DNA from: an uncultured Oscillospiraceae bacterium
Lineage (GTDB): Bacteria > Bacillota > Clostridia > Oscillospirales > Oscillospiraceae
Direction of reading: 5' to 3'
DNA length: 64,000 nucleotides
Assembly (NCBI GenBank): GCA_963557105.1
Contig: CAUWCX010000008.1
Span: 143-64,142 of the forward strand
This document shows, piece by piece, positions 17,157 to 25,405 of the stretch (position 1 is its first letter; every line of letters begins with the position of its first letter). The position numbers and the translations under genes were made by a program. The notes under the pieces were generated by a model. The model did no database searches and was not told the DNA's origin. It saw only the letters and a program-made list of their open reading frames with translations.

Positions 17157-18181
17157 TCCTCCACAAAGCAGTAACCCATTGATTCCAACTCATGTTTGAA
17201 CATAGGATAGATTTGCCTTGCCATCATTCTTGTAAAGACTTGGGGCGTTTTTGATGTAAAATCATATCGCACAGGCCAGCTATAGAGTTTGAAGAAGTTT
17301 TCTTCCGAAGGTGGCAGACGATAACCAAGTTTAATTTCTACCAGACTTCCCCTTGCCTTCGTTTTGATTTCTGGAAGTGTTCCATGTTTTTTTAGAAGTG
17401 ATATTGCAATCCTTCTATATTCGCCGTGGTTGCCTGGAACATTCGAAAAATAGTCCCGCATTCTCCATTCTGGAATCGGTGTATTCAGAAATACCCCATT
17501 ACTGTATCGATAAAATACAAAAATTTTATTTGGTTCACCATATCTTGCAAGGGATATATGGTCATTTTTTTCGGGAATCTGTTGCCAATACCCCCATTTA
17601 AATGGAGGATCAAGCCGCAGAAACTCTGAGTTATCTGGCCATTCTATTTGTTCCCATTCGCAATGCGCCAACAGTTCTTCGAGATAGCTTTCAAACGACT
17701 GCTTCTGCAAACCAAACATTGATGATATTGTCCTGTCGGAAGTTGAAGTTTGAACGGAATAGAAACCCAATCCGCTCATAAATAACTTCAAGTCAGGTGA
17801 AATACCTCTGTGAAGAACAAGATCCCCATTTCCTCCAGTTGCAAGAGCGGTTGGGGATATTTGATAAGCGGAATGATAAAAGAACCCATTTCGCAGATAG
17901 ATAGAGTACATTTCCTCAATCAAATCCGTCTTGTCATGCGGGAGGAGAAATCCAATCTTCGGATAAATGCCTTCATAAGCATCAAAAATCTGGCCAATTC
18001 TGCTTTTGAAGTGCTGAATAGAAACTGAACCTCCATCCTCGGTGTGATCCCAAAGCGAAGCGAGAGCCATTTGCCCAGCAACACTATAAACGACCCGACA
18101 AACCCATTCGTTGTCATCTGACTGAGGAATATTTAATTGCCTTCCAATTGAAACAATTAGGTCGTTTATCATATCGTTCAC
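17153..18181 (-). CDS. Hypothetical protein, 342 aa (operon partner 3)
   Basis: GTGA overlap with the upstream stop, ATGA overlap with the helicase start. An alternative ATG lies at 18172. No motif I can name. Confidence 0.7.
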   Translation of the reverse strand: MNDMINDLIVSIGRQLNIPQSDDNEWVCRVVYSVAGQMALASLWDHTEDGGSVSIQHFKSRIGQIFDAYEGIYPKIGFLLPHDKTDLIEEMYSIYLRNGFFYHSAYQISPTALATGGNGDLVLHRGISPDLKLFMSGLGFYSVQTSTSDRTISSMFGLQKQSFESYLEELLAHCEWEQIEWPDNSEFLRLDPPFKWGYWQQIPEKNDHISLARYGEPNKIFVFYRYSNGVFLNTPIPEWRMRDYFSNVPGNHGEYRRIAISLLKKHGTLPEIKTKARGSLVEIKLGYRLPPSEENFFKLYSWPVRYDFTSKTPQVFTRMMARQIYPMFKHELESMGYCFVEE

Positions 18182-20226
18182 TCTTCCTCAATATATCTTG
18201 CAACTTCAGCTTTTACCGAGCTGGAGATTCCGCTCTCGCCTTCAATAACATCCTTTAAGACATCCAATCTCCCGGTAAGTACGCAGAGAGGAAGCACACC
18301 AAAGAGCAGTTCCAAGTCCTTATCTTTTGCGGGATTCTCCAAAATGCATTTTGCATCGGACAGGACACGAGTTAACTGGCCCAATAGGAGTTTGCTAAGG
18401 CCTAAACGCTTAAATGCAGATATCCGGAGAGACTGTTTTTCCTCAGAAACATATGGTTGGAACTTCTCAGCGCGTTTACTTGGCCATGTCTCGAGAGCAG
18501 GTAAACTTCCTATAAAACATTCACTCAGGACAGGGAGCATGTAATTATAAAGGCCTTTCGGCTCAATAAGCATATCCTCGACATATGGATGGGTCCAGAT
18601 TATCTGCTTTTTGAGTCTTGTAAACTTCTGCGGTAATGCATCCGTCCACCCTTTTCCGAACATATTTTGAACCGACACAATAGAATCGTCAGCCTCGCTG
18701 ATTCTTTCCACTATAGAAAGGTCACATTCATCTCCTAAAGTCAATTGTCCTGCTCCGTTTGCGTACATCGAAACAGACAGCACCTCAGCAATATCCTGTC
18801 CCCCAGGGCCTGCAATCAAAGTTGGCACATTGTTGATATGGGTTGCATACAGAAAAGCAGTGAGCATTGAGCAGAAGTCTGGTTCAATGCCCAACGCACA
18901 TGACAAATTCTGATAGATTGCATCATATTCATTGCGCCAGCTTTCTGCGAGTTCAATATCCTCATCAGAATATTGGCCACTGGTACTGCTGTATTGCCAT
19001 GAGGCAGGGGGATTCCCATACGGCAAGGTTGCATTTGACTGAGGCAGAAAAACAGAAATATCAGCAATGAATCCTGCCATATCTTTTTGCGCGTCAGCAA
19101 TTTTCTGGCGCACTGCGACCAGCGTTTCTTTTCCAATCGATTCATATTGCGCTATCTCTGCAAGTAACCGATCAAGTTCACCTTGTTTTGTGGCAATTTC
19201 TGCAAGTAGTTCACTATGCTGCTTTTTTGCAATGGATATTGTTTCTTCCATTTCTGAAACTTCTGCCTCAGCTTTGGCAATTTCAGCAGCATGAGAATTA
19301 TGCCATTCCACGGATACGGCTTTTTCGCATAATTCTCTTAATTCATCGTGATTCTTTGCAATTTCAGCCAACACATTAACATCGATATCGCCGACTTTAA
19401 TCAATGCATCTGCTCGATTAACAAAATCATCAACTGTCTGTTTTGCTTGGTCCAGAGTACAATTTAGTTTTTGAACAATCGCGTCGTACAAAGATTCTCC
19501 GCAAATCTTCTCAAGAAGAAGTTTGCAATGTTTCCATTCAGCCTTGGTGGCACCAATACACTCCTTAAACAAAGGCCATGTGGTGCGTTCAAGAATGAGC
19601 GTGCGAATAACCTCGTCTGTATTTCCTATTGAAACATATCCAGAAGGCTCTCCCACCTGAAGTGTTTTTAGAAATCTTAGGTTACGATCATCCCAATTAT
19701 AGATATCCCCGGAGGAAATTGTGTAGCTTGGCAGGGAGTAGACAGTTTCCGAAAGTTTTGCACATCGATCCGAAATGTTGAACTCATTTGCACGACACAG
19801 TACGCCTGCGAACTGCCCCCATTTAGGTTCATAGCAAAAAAGTGTATCGCAAAAGTAAGCTTGTGTACGAGCAGTTCCATTCTGAAGTTGTTCAACCACT
19901 TCGTCTAAAGACTTTGCCATAAGAACTACTACACGTACCGGCGAGTAGTCTTTGACATAGTACGACTGGACATAGTCAATTGCTGGGTTATCCCTATTAG
20001 GAATTGCTGTCCACTCCCAAATACCGACCGTTCCAAGCGCAGTAGGCCCATCGTTGCGGTACAGTCTATCTCTGTTTTCAAAATAGTTATCCGTCCGTTC
20101 CGACTTGAATGGTGTATGTAAAATATCATCTTCCACATCTGCTAAACGGTTCAGCCATATACGCCCTTCGTAATCTACTGTAATGTAGCACAGTGATGTG
20201 AAGGAAACTTCATTGTCAATCATCAT
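18178..20226 (-). CDS. Hypothetical protein, 682 aa, with central coiled coil (operon partner 2)
   Basis: Heptad-like segment AEIAKAEAEVSEMEETISIAKKQHSELLAEIATKQGELDRLLAEIAQYESIGKE. LIAGPGGQDIAE resembles a degenerate P-loop that lacks the Lys. Start overlaps the upstream gene by 8-11 nt. Confidence 0.7.
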   Translation of the reverse strand: MMIDNEVSFTSLCYITVDYEGRIWLNRLADVEDDILHTPFKSERTDNYFENRDRLYRNDGPTALGTVGIWEWTAIPNRDNPAIDYVQSYYVKDYSPVRVVVLMAKSLDEVVEQLQNGTARTQAYFCDTLFCYEPKWGQFAGVLCRANEFNISDRCAKLSETVYSLPSYTISSGDIYNWDDRNLRFLKTLQVGEPSGYVSIGNTDEVIRTLILERTTWPLFKECIGATKAEWKHCKLLLEKICGESLYDAIVQKLNCTLDQAKQTVDDFVNRADALIKVGDIDVNVLAEIAKNHDELRELCEKAVSVEWHNSHAAEIAKAEAEVSEMEETISIAKKQHSELLAEIATKQGELDRLLAEIAQYESIGKETLVAVRQKIADAQKDMAGFIADISVFLPQSNATLPYGNPPASWQYSSTSGQYSDEDIELAESWRNEYDAIYQNLSCALGIEPDFCSMLTAFLYATHINNVPTLIAGPGGQDIAEVLSVSMYANGAGQLTLGDECDLSIVERISEADDSIVSVQNMFGKGWTDALPQKFTRLKKQIIWTHPYVEDMLIEPKGLYNYMLPVLSECFIGSLPALETWPSKRAEKFQPYVSEEKQSLRISAFKRLGLSKLLLGQLTRVLSDAKCILENPAKDKDLELLFGVLPLCVLTGRLDVLKDVIEGESGISSSVKAEVARYIEEE

Positions 20227-21775
20227 TATCCCTCCCAGGATTATTTTGAATGGTTTTCCTGAGCAAATTTAAAGCTGTACGGGAAATTTCGCCTCGCCGC
20301 AAAGCCTTGCAGAGCCATTTTTGCGTTTGGGGATATTTCGAGAATTTACTGACAAAACTTCCAACTGCATGCGTTACAGGAATCATCGGGCCAGAGCAAG
20401 AACTCAATTTTTTGACAAGCACAGCATCCAGCAACATAACATCCATGTTGACGGTTTCCTGCTCAAAACGAATGGAGCGAATGTAGTCGCAGCCTTGATA
20501 AAAATGTATCTCTGTGCCAAATGATAGTTCGTCGATTGTTAAATGCTCCTCGCCAGAAAGCTTGTAGATATATTCGGTCTTACCGTTTCTTTGAACCACA
20601 GCCTTCCCATCATACGGGCAAGAAACTGATATGCACTTTAATTTAGGGAGTTTTGCATAGCTCTCTTCATTTAGCGTGTTGCCAGAATGATCAGATATAA
20701 TTATTGCTGGTAACGGCGCCTTTTTGCGCAGGGGTTGCTTTACCAAATAGGAGAATCCCAATGCTCCAGACTTTCCAAGTGAGATTAACTGTTCTCTTTC
20801 CCTGGTATAGAGCTTGTATAATTTCCCGTCTTGAGTACCCAGCACATTCGCAGTTGCGGGGTATGATTTCAGTTCGGCATCATCACCGCATAAATAGAAG
20901 TAAAATTCCGCTGAGTTGTGGTATATAAAATACGGATCCTGGATGTATGCTGGCCATATAGGATAGAATTTGGTTGGTTTTTCAGTTAAGAAAATAGCAT
21001 ATTTAAGGAAAAACTTTGCGGAGCGTTCTGAAAACTTTTTAATGCGAATTTTATATAAATACCAACTATTGAAAGAGTTTGCGCGCGTTTTGGCTATTTC
21101 TATTGCTTCGATATCTGCAGGAAAAGTATATATTGGATGCCGTTGCAATAAATAATAGAAATTTCCGGCATACGCCTTTCCGCCAGATTGTAGAATCTGG
21201 CCAGTTCGTCCGTCAAAGAAGGAGCCAGCCTGGTTGATTCCCGGTATATTGTTGGACCAAAATCTTCTTAATTCGGGATTAGCATTTATGTATTCAACAC
21301 AGTAAATCTGGCTTGGAATAGAGCCAACACTCAAGTAGGTGGTTCCAATCCGCTCAATTCGCTCAAACGAGTACTCATAAACTTGGTGTGAATCTCCGGC
21401 TATCTTAATTTTGTCGCAGTGTGCCTTGTTGTCTGGAGGGTAGAAGAACCCTAATTGTAGAGAAAATATCGATCCTGTTACAACAAGGCGCAAAGGCATT
21501 ATATGGCTGTTAAGTGCTCGTAGCGATCGACCGTAGTTTGGATCAAAAGAGGCTTGGCGTTCGTCGCATTCTTTATTGGGAGAGGCCGGATCATGACGGA
21601 AGTGTTGAACATTCATACCAGGGACGGTAAGTAAAACATTTTGTGCGCATAATTCACACACAAAATGGCCGCTTCGTGCTGATGCACCATAGGGATACAT
21701 CTTGCAAGCCTCTTCTACTGTGATACGACGATATCCAATTTTAGAATCCCATACGCATACATGAGTTAATGGCAT
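20216..21775 (-). CDS. Hypothetical protein, 519 aa, with N-terminal Cys/His zinc-ribbon-like motif (operon partner 1)
   Basis: N-terminus ..GHFVCELCAQNVLLTVPGMNVQHFRHDPASPNKEC.. (CxxC ... HFxH ... C), reminiscent of CoiA-type N-termini (memory only). The rest is unrecognisable. Confidence 0.7.
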   Translation of the reverse strand: MPLTHVCVWDSKIGYRRITVEEACKMYPYGASARSGHFVCELCAQNVLLTVPGMNVQHFRHDPASPNKECDERQASFDPNYGRSLRALNSHIMPLRLVVTGSIFSLQLGFFYPPDNKAHCDKIKIAGDSHQVYEYSFERIERIGTTYLSVGSIPSQIYCVEYINANPELRRFWSNNIPGINQAGSFFDGRTGQILQSGGKAYAGNFYYLLQRHPIYTFPADIEAIEIAKTRANSFNSWYLYKIRIKKFSERSAKFFLKYAIFLTEKPTKFYPIWPAYIQDPYFIYHNSAEFYFYLCGDDAELKSYPATANVLGTQDGKLYKLYTREREQLISLGKSGALGFSYLVKQPLRKKAPLPAIIISDHSGNTLNEESYAKLPKLKCISVSCPYDGKAVVQRNGKTEYIYKLSGEEHLTIDELSFGTEIHFYQGCDYIRSIRFEQETVNMDVMLLDAVLVKKLSSCSGPMIPVTHAVGSFVSKFSKYPQTQKWLCKALRRGEISRTALNLLRKTIQNNPGRDNDD

Positions 21776-21796
21776 CCCTCGTCACCCTCGTTCTTG

Positions 21797-22030
21797 TTAC
21801 AACGACTCGGAATTGTAAGCCGATGTGTCATCTCTGATAAAATCCATCATTTCTCCTGCATTACAATTCATAACATCTGCAATTTTAAGGAGAACCGATA
21901 GATTTACTTCTTGATTTTTGCGAAGTTTAGTGAAAGTAGCAGAAGAAAGTCCTGCACGCTTGCGAAGCTCAGCTTTGCTCATCTCTCGTTCAGCGCAAAG
22001 GACCCATAATTTTTTGTAAGTTACTTTCAT
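21797..22030 (-). CDS. XRE-family helix-turn-helix transcriptional regulator (77 aa)
   Basis: MSKAELRKRAGLSSATFTKLRKNQEVNLSVLLKIADVMNCNAGEM is a classic Cro/C1 HTH. Its stop is 21 nt upstream of the 519-aa gene. Same AT-rich composition. Confidence 0.85.
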   Translation of the reverse strand: MKVTYKKLWVLCAEREMSKAELRKRAGLSSATFTKLRKNQEVNLSVLLKIADVMNCNAGEMMDFIRDDTSAYNSESL

Positions 22031-22246
22031 GGTTTCACCCCGAATAAGAAGGATTTATAAAATTATACTACTACGAACCACATCTGTTTTCAACATATTT
22101 CGCTTTTTCACGAGTTGTTTCGATTGTATAAATTAAAGTTATCGCGAATCTAAACGCTTTTTGCTTTACGAGTGATTTTTAAAATATTTTGTTGGCTATT
22201 CCCCTCGTCCTGTGATATTGTGTGTTGCTACCAGGAGGTGCAACGC

Positions 22247-22567
22247 ATGAAAACACGACTTAAGACCCTGTATGACTGCTTCTATACCCCGCCTGAGTTT
22301 TCGGAGCAGAAGCAGGAAGTGAAAGAATGCCACCAGGCACTCATTCAAGTGCTGGAGAAGCCGGAACGGCGGCTGGTACTACGAATCATGGATGCCCAGA
22401 GTTTGATGGCAGAGGAACGCTCCATCGACAGCTTTATCTCTGGATTTGAGCTGGCGTGGCAGCTCTCCATGGAACTGAATCAATTTGAAAAAGAGCGCTC
22501 AGTCTCTCGCTGTACGGCGAAGAGATCGGGCGCTCTTTCCATGTCCGAAAAGGAGGAAGCAACATGA
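22247..22567 (+). CDS. Small conserved mobile-element protein (106 aa)
   Basis: ATG 22247 after CCAGGAGGTG. MKTRLKTLYDCFYTPPEFSEQKQEV..FISGFELAWQL. Resembles small proteins common in clostridial ICE/phage accessory modules (memory only). Confidence 0.55.
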   Translation: MKTRLKTLYDCFYTPPEFSEQKQEVKECHQALIQVLEKPERRLVLRIMDAQSLMAEERSIDSFISGFELAWQLSMELNQFEKERSVSRCTAKRSGALSMSEKEEAT

Positions 22568-23025
22568 AGAAACAAATCATCCCTACTGCAGCGTTTGCCG
22601 CCTGTCTGGCACTGTGTGCCGCTGTGTGGCCGCAGAAGCAACCAGCCGAGGCAATCCCCGCGCTGCCCACGCCAGCTGCTGTAATCGCCACACAGCCCGA
22701 AGTTCCAGAGATAGCAGAGATGGAAGAAGTCATACCGCCAGAGAAAGAAAAGGCGGAAGCAACACAGCAGGAACTGGTCGAGGAAACTGACATTGTCCCG
22801 GAGCCATCGCCTGCTCAAGCGCCCCCAGAGAGCGAAGTACAGGCTCCCTCTGAACAGGATGCCACACCACAGCAAGAACCGGAGCCTACCCCGGCACCTG
22901 ACAGCAAGCCGGACAACATGGTCTATGTGCCAGGCTTCGGCTGGATAGAAAGCCAAGGACCCAACCATGCGGAATACGCCGAGGACATGTACGAGAACGG
23001 TAGTAAAATCGGGATCATGGGATAA
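22564..23025 (+). CDS. Secreted Pro/Glu-rich protein with conserved C-terminus (153 aa)
   Basis: Signal peptide MKKQIIPTAAFAACLALCAAV, low-complexity P/E/Q linker, then C-terminal MVYVPGFGWIESQGPNHAEYAEDMYENGSKIGIMG. ATGA overlap with the previous gene. Confidence 0.6.
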   Translation: MKKQIIPTAAFAACLALCAAVWPQKQPAEAIPALPTPAAVIATQPEVPEIAEMEEVIPPEKEKAEATQQELVEETDIVPEPSPAQAPPESEVQAPSEQDATPQQEPEPTPAPDSKPDNMVYVPGFGWIESQGPNHAEYAEDMYENGSKIGIMG

Positions 23026-23070
23026 ATGAAAAGCAGTGCGGTATCAGGTCAAAGTCTGGTGCCGCACTGC

Positions 23071-24036
23071 TTATTCTGTTTCCTGCTTCAATGCGTCGCT
23101 GAATATCTCATGGACGTGGATCAGCGAAAAAACTTCACAGAGAAACCGCTCTGCCAGTTCTTTTTCGTCCAGCCAGGTGGTCTGCGGCGGCACATAGTAA
23201 CCGGAATCAGCCTCTGCATCCGCTCTGGCTTTGTGAATGGCTTTCTGGATGGAGAGCCACTGACCGTAAGCGCCGCCTTTCAACTGTTTTCTCAGTTTCC
23301 GGATGGCAGCCTTATACGCTTTCTCCGCCCCGCTGGGGCCGTTATAGTTGAGCCGGATGGCCAGTTCCTGAAAAGTCGTGCCCTGCTCGTTGGGCTGACC
23401 GATCCCCAGATAACAGCGCACCAGATTTAGTTCTCTGGGGCTCAGCACCTCCTCCATGCGCTGCAGGAGCAGCGTCCGCCGCATGGAACGGTCGTAGGCC
23501 CTGGCCGGGTCGCCGCCATATCCCGGGTCAAAGACGCCCTCGCCCAAACACTCGACCTGAAACACGGTACGGTATTCTTCCAGCAGACGCCTGGCGACTT
23601 TGGCGGAGACAGTCAGCTTCTCTTGGATGGCCGGCAGAAGATCTGTTTCGATGTCCCGCTCATGGGTGGCATAGAGGAAAGCCACCTGGCGCAGCTGGTG
23701 GTAACGGTCCAGCGGGAGCGACAGAGAAAAAGAACCTTGGGCGGCGCAGTCCCGCATGGCCGTCTCAATGGCGGGGGTCGCATAGGTCAGCAGCTTGGTC
23801 CCCATAGATGGGTCAAACCGCCCCGCTGCATCCAGCAGTGCCAGCGCCCCCTCCTGCTTGAGGTCGTCCACCAGAAAATCCTGAGAAAACTGCTCGCAGT
23901 AGCTTGCGGCCAGCATGGTCAGGTATCCCTCGTTCTGGGAGAGCAGGAGCGGGGCGGCCTGCGGATCGCCTTCCTGTATGCGTTGGGCCAGCTGCTCGTT
24001 GCTGGGGCAGGGAGTGTCACAGTGGTACATGCTCAT
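23071..24036 (-). CDS. Sigma-70 family RNA polymerase sigma factor
   Basis: Region 2-like DDLKQEGALALLDAAGRFDPSMGTKLLTYATPAIETAM and region 4-like TFQELAIRLNYNGPSGAEKAYKAAIRKLRK. Confidence 0.8.
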   Translation of the reverse strand: MSMYHCDTPCPSNEQLAQRIQEGDPQAAPLLLSQNEGYLTMLAASYCEQFSQDFLVDDLKQEGALALLDAAGRFDPSMGTKLLTYATPAIETAMRDCAAQGSFSLSLPLDRYHQLRQVAFLYATHERDIETDLLPAIQEKLTVSAKVARRLLEEYRTVFQVECLGEGVFDPGYGGDPARAYDRSMRRTLLLQRMEEVLSPRELNLVRCYLGIGQPNEQGTTFQELAIRLNYNGPSGAEKAYKAAIRKLRKQLKGGAYGQWLSIQKAIHKARADAEADSGYYVPPQTTWLDEKELAERFLCEVFSLIHVHEIFSDALKQETE

Positions 24037-25157
24037 GGCCGGGCCTCCCGGGCAAGGCGCGCTCTCGCCTGGGTATAGATCGCTTCCTGCTCCATATCGT
24101 GTGCATAGCCGCTGGCGGCATAGTCGTTATCCATGAGCGCCTTATCCCGCAGGCTCTCCGCTACATACAGCGCTTCATTGCGCAGCTCGTCGGAGATCTT
24201 TCCTCTCTGGTGGTGCTTGCGGATGGTGTTGGTGCGGGTGGTAAACAGGCGGTAGACCGGGTGCTGTTTGTTCTGCTCCTTCTGCCGCATCATGGCGCCA
24301 TACTGCCGGCAGGTCATGCGGGGATCCTGGGGAGCAATGCCATCGCAGTATTTCGGCATATGGCCGTTGGTGGTGAGAAAGTATGTTCCGCAGCCACAGC
24401 ACCGGCTGGGCGCATGGCCGTGCTGCAGTCCGTTCATCAGGTCAAAGATGTAAAAGCTGATGGCGTGGTCAAAGAAATACCGGTTCACAAATACGGTTTC
24501 CTTTTCCTGTTTCGGGTGTCGGGCAAAGACATAGGAGGATCTCAGGTTCGGTGTGATGGTGAATGGCTCAACGTCCGGTACCGGCAAATCACGCATCATA
24601 TCCCAGAACCATTCGCTGTTGAAGCAGTCGTGGGCGGCCATGGCGAAGAAGGTCTCCGTCCGTTTCTTCAGCCGCCGCAGATAGCCCTCCTCAAAGTATC
24701 GTGCCGCCACGGCAAAGTGCTGGATGCCCAGGGGGATGCTGAAGGCAGCGACCAGATAGCGGAAGAAAAATTCCCGGACAGGCGAAGCTGGCTTCAGCAG
24801 GTCGTTGTGGGATGCCGGGGAAAACATCACCTCCAATGTGTGCTGCTCCTGCCCTTTGTCCATCAGGCTGTACGGTGGACATTGCCACAGGGCATCCAGC
24901 AACTTTTCCAGAGAGGCGCGGGTTCCGTCCAGCATTTTGATAAATTCACCTCGCCCGGCTAAGGCCAGAGCCTCCACCTGATGGCTGATGGCACCGCCGT
25001 GGGTGACCAGTTCCCGTATGGTCTCCTCGGGGACATTCAACAGTTCGGCGGCAAAGTGGCCGGCTGGGTAGACGGTCTCGTTGAAAAAGATCTGATCCTG
25101 CCAGACATCCATCGTCAGGTGCAGAAAATTGTTGTTCTGTTGGATCCCCAGTGGCAT
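24033..25157 (-). CDS. Conserved hypothetical protein co-transcribed with the sigma factor (374 aa)
   Basis: 4-nt overlap with the sigma-factor start. Contains the Cys cluster SRCCGCGTYFLTTNGHMPKYC. I recall similar proteins next to sigma factors in clostridial mobile elements. Confidence 0.6.
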   Translation of the reverse strand: MPLGIQQNNNFLHLTMDVWQDQIFFNETVYPAGHFAAELLNVPEETIRELVTHGGAISHQVEALALAGRGEFIKMLDGTRASLEKLLDALWQCPPYSLMDKGQEQHTLEVMFSPASHNDLLKPASPVREFFFRYLVAAFSIPLGIQHFAVAARYFEEGYLRRLKKRTETFFAMAAHDCFNSEWFWDMMRDLPVPDVEPFTITPNLRSSYVFARHPKQEKETVFVNRYFFDHAISFYIFDLMNGLQHGHAPSRCCGCGTYFLTTNGHMPKYCDGIAPQDPRMTCRQYGAMMRQKEQNKQHPVYRLFTTRTNTIRKHHQRGKISDELRNEALYVAESLRDKALMDNDYAASGYAHDMEQEAIYTQARARLAREARP

Positions 25158-25306
25158 AGGGCCACCCCCCTCTGTCCTATATCTGTTTTCCGCCTGTCTT
25201 ACGATATTCTCATTTTATCAAAATTCCCCCAATAATCAAGTGAAAGGACAAGAGCCACGGTGGCCGCGTGGTCTCTGTCCTTATCTTTTTATAAGGGGAT
25301 GATCCT

Positions 25307-25405
25307 ATGAGCAAAACAAAACGACTACAAACCATTGACGGCGAGAGCCTGATGAGCCTACCGCTGACGCCGCTCAACTTCGTGGTGGACACGCTGCTGT
25401 CACAG
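25307..25405 (+). pseudogene. N-terminal ~33 codons of an AAA_25/RepA-like ATPase gene, truncated
   Basis: MSKTKRLQTIDGESLMSLPLTPLNFVVDTLLSQGLH matches the usual start of ICE/plasmid RepA-like ATPases (..LLPQGLH, then the P-loop). The homology stops there and the sequence runs into a convergent gene. Confidence 0.45.

Larger units (their letters stand above)
11886..22170. other. AT-rich compositional island (foreign insert) inside the GC-rich prophage
   Basis: Hand counts on sample 60-nt lines give 35-43% G+C inside (lines 12001, 17401, 20941) versus about 63-83% in flanking phage genes (lines 6001, 9001). Codon third positions switch from G/C to A/T at both borders. Confidence 0.8.

Noticed and set aside
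17153-18181. PD-(D/E)xK nuclease call for the 342-aa protein, based on two EIK tripeptides
   Set aside because: No upstream conserved Asp in a plausible beta-strand context could be identified by eye. Two tripeptides are not evidence.
11889-22030. Possibility that the AT-rich operon is DISARM, BREX or a type I/III R-M system
   Set aside because: I found no methyltransferase motifs (no DPPY/NPPY or FxGxG block), no PLD HKD motif, no PglZ/alkaline-phosphatase-like or Lon-like gene, and no specificity subunit among the five ORFs. Only the helicase/DUF1998 part is shared with DISARM.
22031-22170. Complete sigma-70 promoter for the XRE-led operon
   Set aside because: A TATAAT box is present (22067-22062, minus strand), but the only TTGAAA -35 candidate is 20 nt away, so I do not annotate a full promoter.
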